From a virus: a stretch of 64,000 nucleotides of DNA. Where the stretch lies: IMG/VR virus record IMGVR_UViG_3300029258_005404; one strand, 5' to 3'. The notes beneath the pieces were generated by a model. It was not told the DNA's origin. It made no database searches and worked only from the letters and a program-made list of their open reading frames with translations. Made by a program: the position numbers and the translations under genes. This document shows, piece by piece, positions 38,601 through 46,765 of the stretch (positions within the stretch are counted from its first letter, which is position 1; every line of letters begins with the position of its first letter).

Positions 38601-39050
38601 AGAAGTCAGGAAAAACTTGGCGATATGCGTTTTATGGAGAATATTATAAAATATATAGAACCAAGCTCTTTACTTCTTGAAGATGAATTTACAGACAAAA
38701 CACTTCAACAAATTTTTTCTGACTACCTTCAGCGCGTATGGGATGGGCAGCTTTCAATGGTAGATGCAAAAAATGATAAAATAAGAACTACCGGTATGAC
38801 TACTTCTCAAGGTCTGCCGAAATTGATTAATACATTAGTCTCGCGTAAATGTTTAATAAGGGTGCGTGGCTCGTACAGAAAAACACCTATATTTAATGAA
38901 TGGTTAAAAGATATGATAAAAAAGGAGAAAAGTGAAGAGTTGTCAAATATACTCGAAAATCCAGGGAATGAATCAAGTGCTGAAGACCTTAAGATCGTCC
39001 AGAACTTTATCAAAAATAGTAAACCAGATCAACAGGAATTACAAGGTTGA
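35625..39050 (+). CDS. Primase-helicase fusion: Zn finger, TOPRIM primase, MCM-like AAA+ helicase
   Basis: FHCWN...WHCHTC; AGEPDMLC and CLDADDTG (TOPRIM); Walker A-like GGDTRCCKT, Walker B LIFDELS, Arg finger LSRFD. Confidence 0.8.
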   Translation: MSSKYKLSKGQLKTLFASADMLMEGQYRELYKRLGWREGGNKNFHCWNTSGHSEGVDSHASLSINEQTGQWHCHTCDIKGNFQSYWRDYIKGTAPYGDHYHDFIIDFLGMTEGQYTVPFAESFDDPKCAEYYEDLLKLHAKLDEIRKKKGEGNYVLKDELVALANEESSLPMKLLDVCVERLLNNPQKMKYLLEERKINEDMIRALRLGLDDRGRVVFPQINAEGELLNMKLYDPWCSDKRFKWQYSHKGRETCPTPMVNFTNNSLLMMAGEPDMLCAIGFGFENAVTMGAERNTDVVKVFGRERAKQLFSGKEITICLDADDTGKAAAQKLAHSLYPFAKQIKIINLDQSNINPFGLDPDKMIEVTTKNGKKKMKRVETDFTDFMKKNGFENDAKERFIELIKNTEAYTENIDRIEKKLYKVTLQESRMSKYYSSDESKELEVIAAVGEFNDSAYQYSDHFCLSCPQTGDPSKKLYASCKKCSVPSIPEFRDKEYVDFFLIRGEIPKEYSGYPSCISVNAHEILDLIECAESKKNKNLKLICGISPTCQQFKVRPVTTKKILRARLARDVSEYGDSSVDGSAESTSIEMDAYILGDMDIYPNKSYKFTGVQTVSPQTQHRVLYIHKAEPITTSIDNFVMDQEIHDMLKIFRPKGGESVDSALDRRYEVFAHAAGVTGRREMFLLNDLAFFSSAEIDNKRLFPNLKRGWVEVLIGGDTRCCKTLISKFLMNYYKYGEMVSGSSAITRAGLMGGTIYVGKNPKVSWGKIPMNDGRCLIFDELSMIKQEILSDLTDCRSSGIIDVTTISGSKKAPARVAKIMLSNARSWTGDKAPSFGSGMSFLKNLCFKDEILSRFDIAWIVKAGDINYEKLDDNYRQPTTEFTSFQCRYLLMWGKSRKPDQYIYEEGIETFINESQKKLLAMFHTSTQLINQEIRLKIARMAKSIAVMCYSTVKNDWEKVYVKKEHVDFIVRLLIRLYCHRNMGFDIYSQQQRSQEKLGDMRFMENIIKYIEPSSLLLEDEFTDKTLQQIFSDYLQRVWDGQLSMVDAKNDKIRTTGMTTSQGLPKLINTLVSRKCLIRVRGSYRKTPIFNEWLKDMIKKEKSEELSNILENPGNESSAEDLKIVQNFIKNSKPDQQELQG

Positions 39051-39639
39051 TTGGAATTCGTGGGATGTTAAAAATGCAGAAGAAGTTCTTGATTTATTTC
39101 TCCAAAGAAAGCTATGCAAAAAAGTAAATGATAGAAAAGAGCAATATAATTTATTGCTTGTAGCATTTTGTAAAGTCGAAAATAATATAGGTGCTATGTT
39201 AAAATCAAATATAAAAAAAACGCCAGAATTAAAAAAATTTATGGTTACACATTCTATATTTGATGTTAGCACAAAAAAAAGAAGAGATTGGCTTCAGCGT
39301 ATTATGATAAATATTTTAAAACCAACACAAAAAGAATTGTATGAATGGTTTCATCCAAAATCAATTCCTGAAGAATTGCTTTATAAATTTAAAATATTTG
39401 AACCTGAACAAATAATTCTTGAAATTGATCCTATAAAAATTCAATATGGTATGTGGCGAAAAGGTAGTAATGGAAGATTAGTAGATCCAATACATATTAT
39501 ATATGAAGATTTTGAAGGCATAAAGTTTTTAAAACAGGAAGAGGTTGCAAAAGAACTTGCGAAATATCAAGAAATTGAAAGTGACCCTGTTATAATTAAT
39601 CATGATGATTGGTTAATAGAAGATGATTTACCGTTTTAG
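38932..39639 (+). CDS. Hypothetical protein; start uncertain
   Basis: Open frame overlapping the helicase end; acidic C-terminus ending DDLPF. Confidence 0.55.
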   Translation: MKSCQIYSKIQGMNQVLKTLRSSRTLSKIVNQINRNYKVDWNSWDVKNAEEVLDLFLQRKLCKKVNDRKEQYNLLLVAFCKVENNIGAMLKSNIKKTPELKKFMVTHSIFDVSTKKRRDWLQRIMINILKPTQKELYEWFHPKSIPEELLYKFKIFEPEQIILEIDPIKIQYGMWRKGSNGRLVDPIHIIYEDFEGIKFLKQEEVAKELAKYQEIESDPVIINHDDWLIEDDLPF

Positions 39640-39705
39640 TGTGATTACCAATGTGTTTTTGTAATAACTATAGTGTAGTGGTTAAATCTATTTCTTTCGG
39701 AGGAA

Positions 39706-40503
39706 TTGATGGAAAACAGCGAAAACAATGTGCTTGATTTTTTTAACAAGCATGGTGCTGAAGGTGCAGAAGCTGTCGAAAAAAGTTTTGATAGCGCTGA
39801 TTCTCAACAGAGAGTAAATTTAAATTATTCAGGCCGATACCGTATGAAAGTTGGAACGTTTGGCTATGTAAAAGACAATGTTTTCAAATCATTCCCAAAT
39901 ATGTACGAGAGTGCTAAGAAAAAAGCTCTTATGCTTACCGTATCATTAAGGGTTATTGATGGAACAGAACTTGTTCCAAAAGGCGCATCTATATTTCATA
40001 ACATTACACTGGCGCCGGCACCCGGGGCAAAACAGGAAACAATTCAGGCTATAGCCAGAATTTCAAAACCGCAACTTGTCGCCCTGTATGGAAAAGACGA
40101 TATAAAAGCCACTCCAAAATGGCTTATTGACAATTGCCTTCCTAAATTTGAACAGGATGGTGATAATTGGAAATTAGTAAAAGACCACAATCTTCAAAGT
40201 GAGGTTATGGTAGAGGTAGTTGATGATTATTATAACAATCAGGAAACTCTTAGAGTTAATTCTATAGTTCCTGCGAGCCCAATCGACAAATCGATTACAA
40301 ATAAACCAAAAGGTATTAAAGACATTGTCTCTTCTGCGCAAGCTGTGTCAGATGGTGAAGTTATTACTGATGACGATGCTGAAAAACTTGCAGAATCAGC
40401 GTTTGGTGATGATACCATTACACCTGATGATATACCTGATATACCTGCTGGAGAAGATGCTGATGAAGGGGTTGCTCCGGAAAGTACTACTGAAGATTTT
40501 TAA
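39706..40503 (+). CDS. Putative single-stranded DNA-binding protein
   Basis: Beta-rich core and a long acidic tail ending in Phe (STTEDF); replication context. Confidence 0.5.
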   Translation: MMENSENNVLDFFNKHGAEGAEAVEKSFDSADSQQRVNLNYSGRYRMKVGTFGYVKDNVFKSFPNMYESAKKKALMLTVSLRVIDGTELVPKGASIFHNITLAPAPGAKQETIQAIARISKPQLVALYGKDDIKATPKWLIDNCLPKFEQDGDNWKLVKDHNLQSEVMVEVVDDYYNNQETLRVNSIVPASPIDKSITNKPKGIKDIVSSAQAVSDGEVITDDDAEKLAESAFGDDTITPDDIPDIPAGEDADEGVAPESTTEDF

Positions 40504-40531
40504 TTAACCACCTTTTTTAATTAAGGAGGGA

Positions 40532-41602
40532 ATGTTGATTAAAGGTTTGACCCACGATGATAGTGGGGCGCTCAACATGATTGAAAAATATAGGGGTAAG
40601 ATTTCTACTGGTTATGCTCCTGGAGAGGGTCCTAACAAAAAAAATCACCCTGTTGCTGCAGGTTTCTTTCGAATATTAAAAGAAATCACAGAAACAAAAA
40701 GAGTTGGGAATTCCGATGCTCAAGTTGTAATTAAAAGCTGGAAATTAAATGATTCAATACAGAAAAAGCTTGAAACAACTCTTAAAAGTAAAATGCCACG
40801 AAGAATTGAGCTGGTAAGTTTTTATCAAACAATTGATGAAATGTGGGAAAGCTGTCTTGCAATGTTTTCATCATCTGAAGGTTTAATGTGTAAAAGCCAT
40901 GGAGAAGGAACGAACGCAAGACAATTAACATTCACACCTGATGGTGATCGTGAATGGGTTGATAGAATATTTAATGGAAAAAAGGGATGCCCATACAAAC
41001 AGTGTCCTGATTATATTTCTAAAAAATGCAAACCCCTTGGAATGCTAAAATGTTTTCCAATTATTGATTTGACACCAAATCCATATAGATTCGAAACAAG
41101 ATCGTTGAATACTATAATGGGTATTGAATCATCTCTTACTAAATTATGGAATTTATTGAATGTAGCACATGCTATTAAACAAAAAGAAGCCAATAGCCTA
41201 TTAAAATTTGATGGGTTTTTTGGAGCAAAAATGTATTTAATTCATAAAAAAATAAAGTCTGGCGGTAGGGATGTTTTCATATCCGAATTATTGCCAACAC
41301 AATCTTTTATTGATGAGGTTATGGAGCCAATCAAAAGAGGGTTGGACATGAAATCAAAACAGGCAAAAATTGCAGCATCAAATGAAAGTATGTCATTACT
41401 TGAAATGGCAGAAACAGCATTACTTGAATCTGGAATCAATGATGGTACAGATGAAGAGTCTGTTCCATTAAGCATTGAAGACCAGCAACATATAGCTAAA
41501 GAATTTGGTGCTGATGCAGATATACATGGGCCTCAAGAAGAGGCTTCTCTTGATGATGTTAAGAAGGAAGTTGCTGAAACGCTACTTAATGAAGAGGAAT
41601 AG
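40532..41602 (+). CDS. Recombination directionality factor-like (phage Gp3-like) protein
   Basis: GKISTG, NHP...FF, C..HGEG..A, C.Y..C...CK..G.L and YRFETRS pattern. Confidence 0.5.
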   Translation: MLIKGLTHDDSGALNMIEKYRGKISTGYAPGEGPNKKNHPVAAGFFRILKEITETKRVGNSDAQVVIKSWKLNDSIQKKLETTLKSKMPRRIELVSFYQTIDEMWESCLAMFSSSEGLMCKSHGEGTNARQLTFTPDGDREWVDRIFNGKKGCPYKQCPDYISKKCKPLGMLKCFPIIDLTPNPYRFETRSLNTIMGIESSLTKLWNLLNVAHAIKQKEANSLLKFDGFFGAKMYLIHKKIKSGGRDVFISELLPTQSFIDEVMEPIKRGLDMKSKQAKIAASNESMSLLEMAETALLESGINDGTDEESVPLSIEDQQHIAKEFGADADIHGPQEEASLDDVKKEVAETLLNEEE

Positions 41603-41612
41603 AAAAAAATTA

Positions 41613-41911
41613 AAGTACAAGAGTGATACTGGTGATTCGCCAGTGCGAAAATATTTATGTGGACGCGATGTTACATAGCGCAGGGACCTGCAGCGGGAGT
41701 CATTAACACTCCCGATTCCAGGTTCGGGCCTGAGTCCTACACCTGGAATCGGGTAGCATAATGACTCCCGCTGCAGGTGGTCGGCGCTAGTAACATCTGC
41801 TAAACCTGAATACACGATTTTAATCGGCTGAAATCCCGGAAAATGCGGTAGCTTTTCCGGGATAGCAGCACGATCTAAAATCGCTCATTAAGGTCTATCT
41901 TAGTTGTACTT
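41613..41911 (+). ncRNA. Retron-like msr-msd unit 1 of the array
   Basis: AAGTACAA|G ... TTAG|TTGTACTT; hairpin ACTGGTG-ATT-CGCCAGT; 131-nt rod 41667-41797 with perfect 20-bp and 13-bp stems; second rod 41815-41883. Confidence 0.8.
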
Positions 41912-41924
41912 CAAAAAGAATATT

Positions 41925-42133
41925 AAGCATGAGAGCTTTACACCTGATGTTTCGTCAGGGTAGCTTACCGCTAAAGCTGACATCCCTCACGAGTTGGTCG
42001 GAAAATAAATTCCTGTACCAATATCCGTCGGGATGACCGTCAGCTTTCGCTACTTTTCATCCCGACGAATGTTGGACCAGGAATTAATTTTCCTCTTGCC
42101 AACTCGCAGTGATGATCTATATTAGTCATGCTT
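41925..42133 (+). ncRNA. Retron-like msr-msd unit 2
   Basis: AAGCATGA|G ... TTAG|TCATGCTT; hairpin CCTGATG-TTT-CGTCAGG; rod 41987-42112. Confidence 0.8.
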
Positions 42134-42172
42134 TTGAGCGGGAAAGGTGATGAGTATCACCTTCCCGCCATT

Positions 42173-42360
42173 ATTGTAAGGGCGAATCTGATGGTTCATC
42201 AGAAATGAAGTTAAATAAGTACACAGTATTGTGTTACCTGGAGGAACACGGGCCCATCCGCCCTGCCTGTTTCAGTCTTCTTACAGAAGACTTACACGGC
42301 GTGCGGTAGGGCCCGCCGTTCCCCAGCAAACCCAATCTGTATCAAAATTATAGTTACAAT
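42173..42360 (+). ncRNA. Retron-like msr-msd unit 3
   Basis: ATTGTAA|G ... ATAG|TTACAAT; hairpin TCTGATG-GTT-CATCAGA; rod 42238-42326. Confidence 0.78.
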
Positions 42361-42366
42361 TTAATA

Positions 42367-42568
42367 ACGCAAGTTGCTCAATCGAGACGTTTCGTCTCGG
42401 CCCGATTTTGGGTGCGCAGGCACCATCTGAAAAATTATTCCAGGTCCGTTCCCGGATACTCGGGTTCGCTGGAATAAGCGATACCCGGGTATCCGTTCAG
42501 GACCGTTTCACAATTTTTCAATAGGTGCTCTGCTTTCTTGACCAGCAAAATATTCTATATAGTTGCGT
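42367..42568 (+). ncRNA. Retron-like msr-msd unit 4
   Basis: ACGCAA|G ... ATAG|TTGCGT; hairpin CGAGACG-TTT-CGTCTCG; rod 42416-42533. Confidence 0.78.
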
Positions 42569-42604
42569 CAATGGCGTGAAAGGCGCTAATTTTTTTTAAA
42601 TAAG

Positions 42605-42803
42605 ATTTGATATATAAGAATTAAAAAAAAAGGATGGTGTTTCGCCATCATGTTAATTAATTAAGACCTCAAAAATTGATGGTGCAGCTCGGCAACAGTC
42701 CTCAGTTTTAATCCTTGATAAGAATTAAAACTCACGGACTTTTTGCCCGGCTGCTCCACAATTTTTTTCACCTTGTAATATCAATATTAGTTATATATCA
42801 AAT
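42605..42803 (+). ncRNA. Retron-like msr-msd unit 5
   Basis: ATTTGATATATAA|G ... TTAG|TTATATATCAAAT (13 bp perfect); hairpin GATGGTG-TTT-CGCCATC; rod 42671-42766. Confidence 0.8.
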
Positions 42804-42826
42804 TACATTAATATTGGAGGGTTTTA

Positions 42827-43303
42827 TTGGTACTAATTGGAGGAATTATATATACTATAATTTTATTATTATGTATTATGTATTGCATCATACAACATCT
42901 TCAAAATAGAGAAACAAAGAAGCAATACATTCATATAATTAATGAATTAACTGAGTCAAGTGAACAAAAAATAGTTAATATAAACACATTGTATGAAAAG
43001 ATAGAGATGTTGACTGATGAAAAACTCTATTATAAAGATAGAGTTGATGATTTGGAAAAAGCTATAGAAACTGGATTTGGAATATCAGTACGAAAAAATG
43101 TTACAATTGTCAATACAGATTTACTTAAGTTTGACTATGTTATAATGCTTGCTGGTATTAATAAACTTATAAAAGACAATCCAGAAAAAATTGATGATAT
43201 AAAATATTATATTGAATTAATGGAAAAAATACAGGCAATTCTTGATAAAATGCCAGAAATACAAGAAGAAAAAGGAGCTAGTGAGATAATAAATGCAATA
43301 TGA
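42827..43303 (+). CDS. Membrane-anchored coiled-coil protein
   Basis: N-terminal hydrophobic helix; GGAGG SD with TTG start. Confidence 0.6.
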   Translation: MVLIGGIIYTIILLLCIMYCIIQHLQNRETKKQYIHIINELTESSEQKIVNINTLYEKIEMLTDEKLYYKDRVDDLEKAIETGFGISVRKNVTIVNTDLLKFDYVIMLAGINKLIKDNPEKIDDIKYYIELMEKIQAILDKMPEIQEEKGASEIINAI

Positions 43304-45368
43304 TTATGTTGGTGTAGATACAGAGACTACCGGCCTCAACCATCAGAATGATGAAATTGTTGAAGTTACAGCAATAGAGTTTAATCTATCTGGACAAATT
43401 GGTAAAAAATTATCGTATTTATGCAAACCAATGGCAGAATTTATACCAGTGGAAGCATCTAAAGTAAATGGTATTACTTACGAAATGGTAAAAGATAAAA
43501 GAACATATCTTAAAGATGGTGTGAGAGAAGAAATTGCTAAATTTATTGGTTCAAGAACTGCTGTCGGTCACAATATTGAAAGATTCGATCTTAAATTTCT
43601 TAAAATAAGACCGAAACGATATGAGGATACACTTCTCATGTGCAGAAGTAGGTTCTCAGGAGGCAATAAATTAAAAACAGCATGCATGAGACTTGGTATA
43701 AAATGGGATGACAAAGAGGCCCATAGGTCTGAATACGATACACTGCAATGTATTAAACTGTTTATTAAATTGAAAAATATTGAGGAACAGGAGAATACTA
43801 AAAAGCAAGAAATGCCATTATTTACTGTCGATACCGGTGATAAAAAAATACAAGAAGCAATGGTATCACTTGGTGTCACTCCAACACCTTCAGATAAAGA
43901 ATTAATGGCCACTCAAACATATTCATTTTCAAGAATAAATCTTTTTCATCAGTGTCCTTTTAAATGGTATATGCAGTACATAAAAAAGATAAAACAACCG
44001 GATGTAGATTATCTTGTTGCTGGTAAAATATGCCACAAAGCCGCTGAATGGTGCGGAGAGTGGGTCTATCGTGAGACATTTGCAATTAAACTTGCTGAGT
44101 ATGCAAGAGTAGAATCTCTTCCATTATCAGATAGAGCAAAAGGTGTTCTGGAAAAAGAATTTGATATAAAAACAGAAAATGCTACTTTTTATGATTTAGG
44201 ATATTATCTGTATAAACATCAAAATGAAATATCAGAGTACTTTCCTGATATGAAAGGTCTTGCGAGTCTGATATATAAAATTGATAATACCATTGATAGT
44301 AGCAATTACGAAAAACCTTCAATGCCAGATAGAGAGTCGTATGATAAAATAGTAAATCGCGCTGTGGCTTTTTATAAATGTACAAGTCCTGAAATAATAA
44401 TAGATGTTGGATTTATAATGGCAAGGTTTTACGAAAAACAAGATTTTTCATTATTACCTGGTGATATAATGCTGACAGAAAAAAGGCTTGCATTTGATCG
44501 TGATTGGAAATTATTGAAAGACTTTTATTCAAATAAAGCATTTATGCGCGGCATTATCGATGTACTGTCATATTTAGAAAATATTGTAGTAATAACAGAT
44601 TACAAAAGTTCAAGAAAAATGATGACAGTAGATCAATTAAAAGAAGATATGCAAATGAAAATATATATTCTTCTTGTATATCATCTTTTACCACCTGAAA
44701 GTTATAATAAATTCATTATCCGTATTGAATATATCAGATTTGGAGTTAGTGTTGAATATGAAATAACTGATGTAAAATCGGTTGCCGAATCTGCGCAGCA
44801 ATGGATAGATGATTCAATTCAAATGATAGAGGCTGAAATGTTAAAAACAGATAATGCATTTGAGCCTAAAAGAAATGAATATTGCCATACATGCTTTATT
44901 GCTGAAGATGGAAAATGTCCATTATTTAGTAAAAAATTTATAAATAATATTGACAATGTAGATCAATTTCTGATAAAAGATATTGAAGATTGTCAAATAG
45001 CATGGAAAAGGGTTGAAGCAAATAAAGCTGAAAATATACATTTAACAAAATTATGTAAAGCATTCGCTAATGGGTGCACAAATGAAATTAAGATTGATGA
45101 ACATGCATCTCTCGATTATTATGTAAAAGAAAACAGAGATTTTTTCTCACTTGCAACAATGAAACTTCTATTAGAAAAAGGTATTAAAATAGAGGATATT
45201 ATCAAAAAGTTCAGTATTACTGAATCCAAATTTAATGAGCTTATTGAAACAAAAAATATTGAACTTACTAATGATGAGCTCGAATCCATTTCTAAAGTAA
45301 AAAGAAAATCAACTTTTGAAGCTTGCACAAGAAAAGAAGCAAAATCAAAAGGATATATTAACGCATGA
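43293..45368 (+). CDS. Fusion of a DEDDh exonuclease (epsilon-like) and a Cas4/RecB-like PD-(D/E)XK nuclease
   Basis: VDTETTGL, GHNIERFD, HRSEYD; then SFSRINLFHQCP, RGIIDVL, TDYKS, QMKIY and C..C.....C. Confidence 0.8.
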   Translation: MQYDYVGVDTETTGLNHQNDEIVEVTAIEFNLSGQIGKKLSYLCKPMAEFIPVEASKVNGITYEMVKDKRTYLKDGVREEIAKFIGSRTAVGHNIERFDLKFLKIRPKRYEDTLLMCRSRFSGGNKLKTACMRLGIKWDDKEAHRSEYDTLQCIKLFIKLKNIEEQENTKKQEMPLFTVDTGDKKIQEAMVSLGVTPTPSDKELMATQTYSFSRINLFHQCPFKWYMQYIKKIKQPDVDYLVAGKICHKAAEWCGEWVYRETFAIKLAEYARVESLPLSDRAKGVLEKEFDIKTENATFYDLGYYLYKHQNEISEYFPDMKGLASLIYKIDNTIDSSNYEKPSMPDRESYDKIVNRAVAFYKCTSPEIIIDVGFIMARFYEKQDFSLLPGDIMLTEKRLAFDRDWKLLKDFYSNKAFMRGIIDVLSYLENIVVITDYKSSRKMMTVDQLKEDMQMKIYILLVYHLLPPESYNKFIIRIEYIRFGVSVEYEITDVKSVAESAQQWIDDSIQMIEAEMLKTDNAFEPKRNEYCHTCFIAEDGKCPLFSKKFINNIDNVDQFLIKDIEDCQIAWKRVEANKAENIHLTKLCKAFANGCTNEIKIDEHASLDYYVKENRDFFSLATMKLLLEKGIKIEDIIKKFSITESKFNELIETKNIELTNDELESISKVKRKSTFEACTRKEAKSKGYINA

Positions 45369-45575
45369 CCCGTTGAAACTACTGCTCTCCCCCGAGACAG
45401 TATGTTTCAAAGGAGGGTCTATGCGTTTTATCTTTCTCGCAATGTTAGTCAGATTTATTAGTATACAGATTGAAATATTACTATGGAATCTGTTTTTCAA
45501 ATTTTTACGCAAACTTTTTAATCGTATTGGCTGGGGCGTATAATAACGCCCCGGTATCTTTTTCAAAGGTGGTAT

Positions 45576-46301
45576 ATGGAAAAAGTGGTAATTAAAGCAA
45601 AAAATATTACCATAAGGGATGAAGAAATACTTAACAGATTAAAAAAATTAAAAATAGAATTTATTCATCTCGTAGCCCATAAAGAGGAAAATGGTTCCGT
45701 TTGTATAATTGCAAAACAACCAGAAAACGATGAATTAACTATACCGACATGGTATTATAAAATATCAATTAGTAATAATTCAGCTTCAATAAGAACTCCA
45801 AATTTCTTAAAAAAATATTTGAGAAAAACTGTATATTGTTATATAGAAAGACTATTTAAAGAAAAAAACGAATTATTCAGGATGCAAGCTGTAAATTTTA
45901 TGCTTGATATTAATAGTAAAAAAGATAGAAGAACTGCAATTGATAAATTTCCTTATTTTACAAAAAATGGCGAATTTGTAATTCCTCAATATTATTTAAA
46001 TAAAAATCTTAAGCATCAATTTTGTAAAATGAAGGTATCTATGAGTAGAACAAACAAAAATATATTAAATCAAAATTTTATATTTGTATTTTTAATAAAA
46101 TTAAAAGATTCGCATTTAATCAAAGACAATAATCTTTTTGGTTTTAGAAAATTTTCTAATGGGATAAGAACTAAAAAACTTACTTTTTTTATTGAATATC
46201 TAAAAAAGAATAATAAGACTTTGAACAATTATCGATATATAACAACTGTTCCTTATAATAATTATCCATACGGGTTAATAGTTTTCGAGGAGAAAAGATG
46301 A
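45576..46301 (+). CDS. Basic hypothetical protein
   Basis: 241 aa ORF with AAAGGTGG SD-like site. Confidence 0.55.
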   Translation: MEKVVIKAKNITIRDEEILNRLKKLKIEFIHLVAHKEENGSVCIIAKQPENDELTIPTWYYKISISNNSASIRTPNFLKKYLRKTVYCYIERLFKEKNELFRMQAVNFMLDINSKKDRRTAIDKFPYFTKNGEFVIPQYYLNKNLKHQFCKMKVSMSRTNKNILNQNFIFVFLIKLKDSHLIKDNNLFGFRKFSNGIRTKKLTFFIEYLKKNNKTLNNYRYITTVPYNNYPYGLIVFEEKR

Positions 46302-46765
46302 ATGAAGAAAAATACCTTGATTACGCAAAAGCCCTTGATGCATTAAATTCTGCAGAAAGAGAATTATGTAATAGAAAAAGAGCCTTACAAATAATAAAGG
46401 ATGAATTAACATCAGAAGGCAACGACGGAAGTTGTGGTGTAGATATATCAGATCATGCTTTTAAACAAGTGTCTGAAAGGCTTGAGGACTTGGTAATGGA
46501 ATACCCTTTTATTTATAGGGATGTAATAAAAGCTGAAGAGCCAAATGAATCATTACTTCTTGCATCAAATATGAAATCATTTATAATAACAATGCTTGCA
46601 AATGCAAAATTAAAAGGAAAAGAAATTGAGAATGATTCAAAAAGTGGCGGAAAAGAATACAGATTTATTATTGATATAGGAAAATGGAGTAGAGATAAAA
46701 CTCTTCAATTTGTTGCTATTGTAGAAAATAATAATATAAAAACTGCTTTCTTTAATTGGGTGTAA
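46298..46765 (+). CDS. Hypothetical protein
   Basis: 155 aa with GAGGAG SD; coupled. Confidence 0.6.
   Translation: MNEEKYLDYAKALDALNSAERELCNRKRALQIIKDELTSEGNDGSCGVDISDHAFKQVSERLEDLVMEYPFIYRDVIKAEEPNESLLLASNMKSFIITMLANAKLKGKEIENDSKSGGKEYRFIIDIGKWSRDKTLQFVAIVENNNIKTAFFNWV

Noticed and set aside
41582-41815. 77-aa minus-strand ORF and 42715..42909 plus-strand ORF
   Set aside because: They overlap the structured array and neighbouring genes; likely chance ORFs in GC-rich stems.
41613-42803. CRISPR array, hammerhead ribozymes or a replication-origin cruciform
   Set aside because: There are no direct repeats with spacers and no complete CUGANGA...GAAA core. G-U pairs all work on one strand, which favours RNA over a DNA cruciform, though an origin role is not formally excluded.
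43293-45368. CRISPR-associated Cas4 locus
   Set aside because: No cas1/cas2 and no array; stand-alone Cas4-like nucleases are common in phages.
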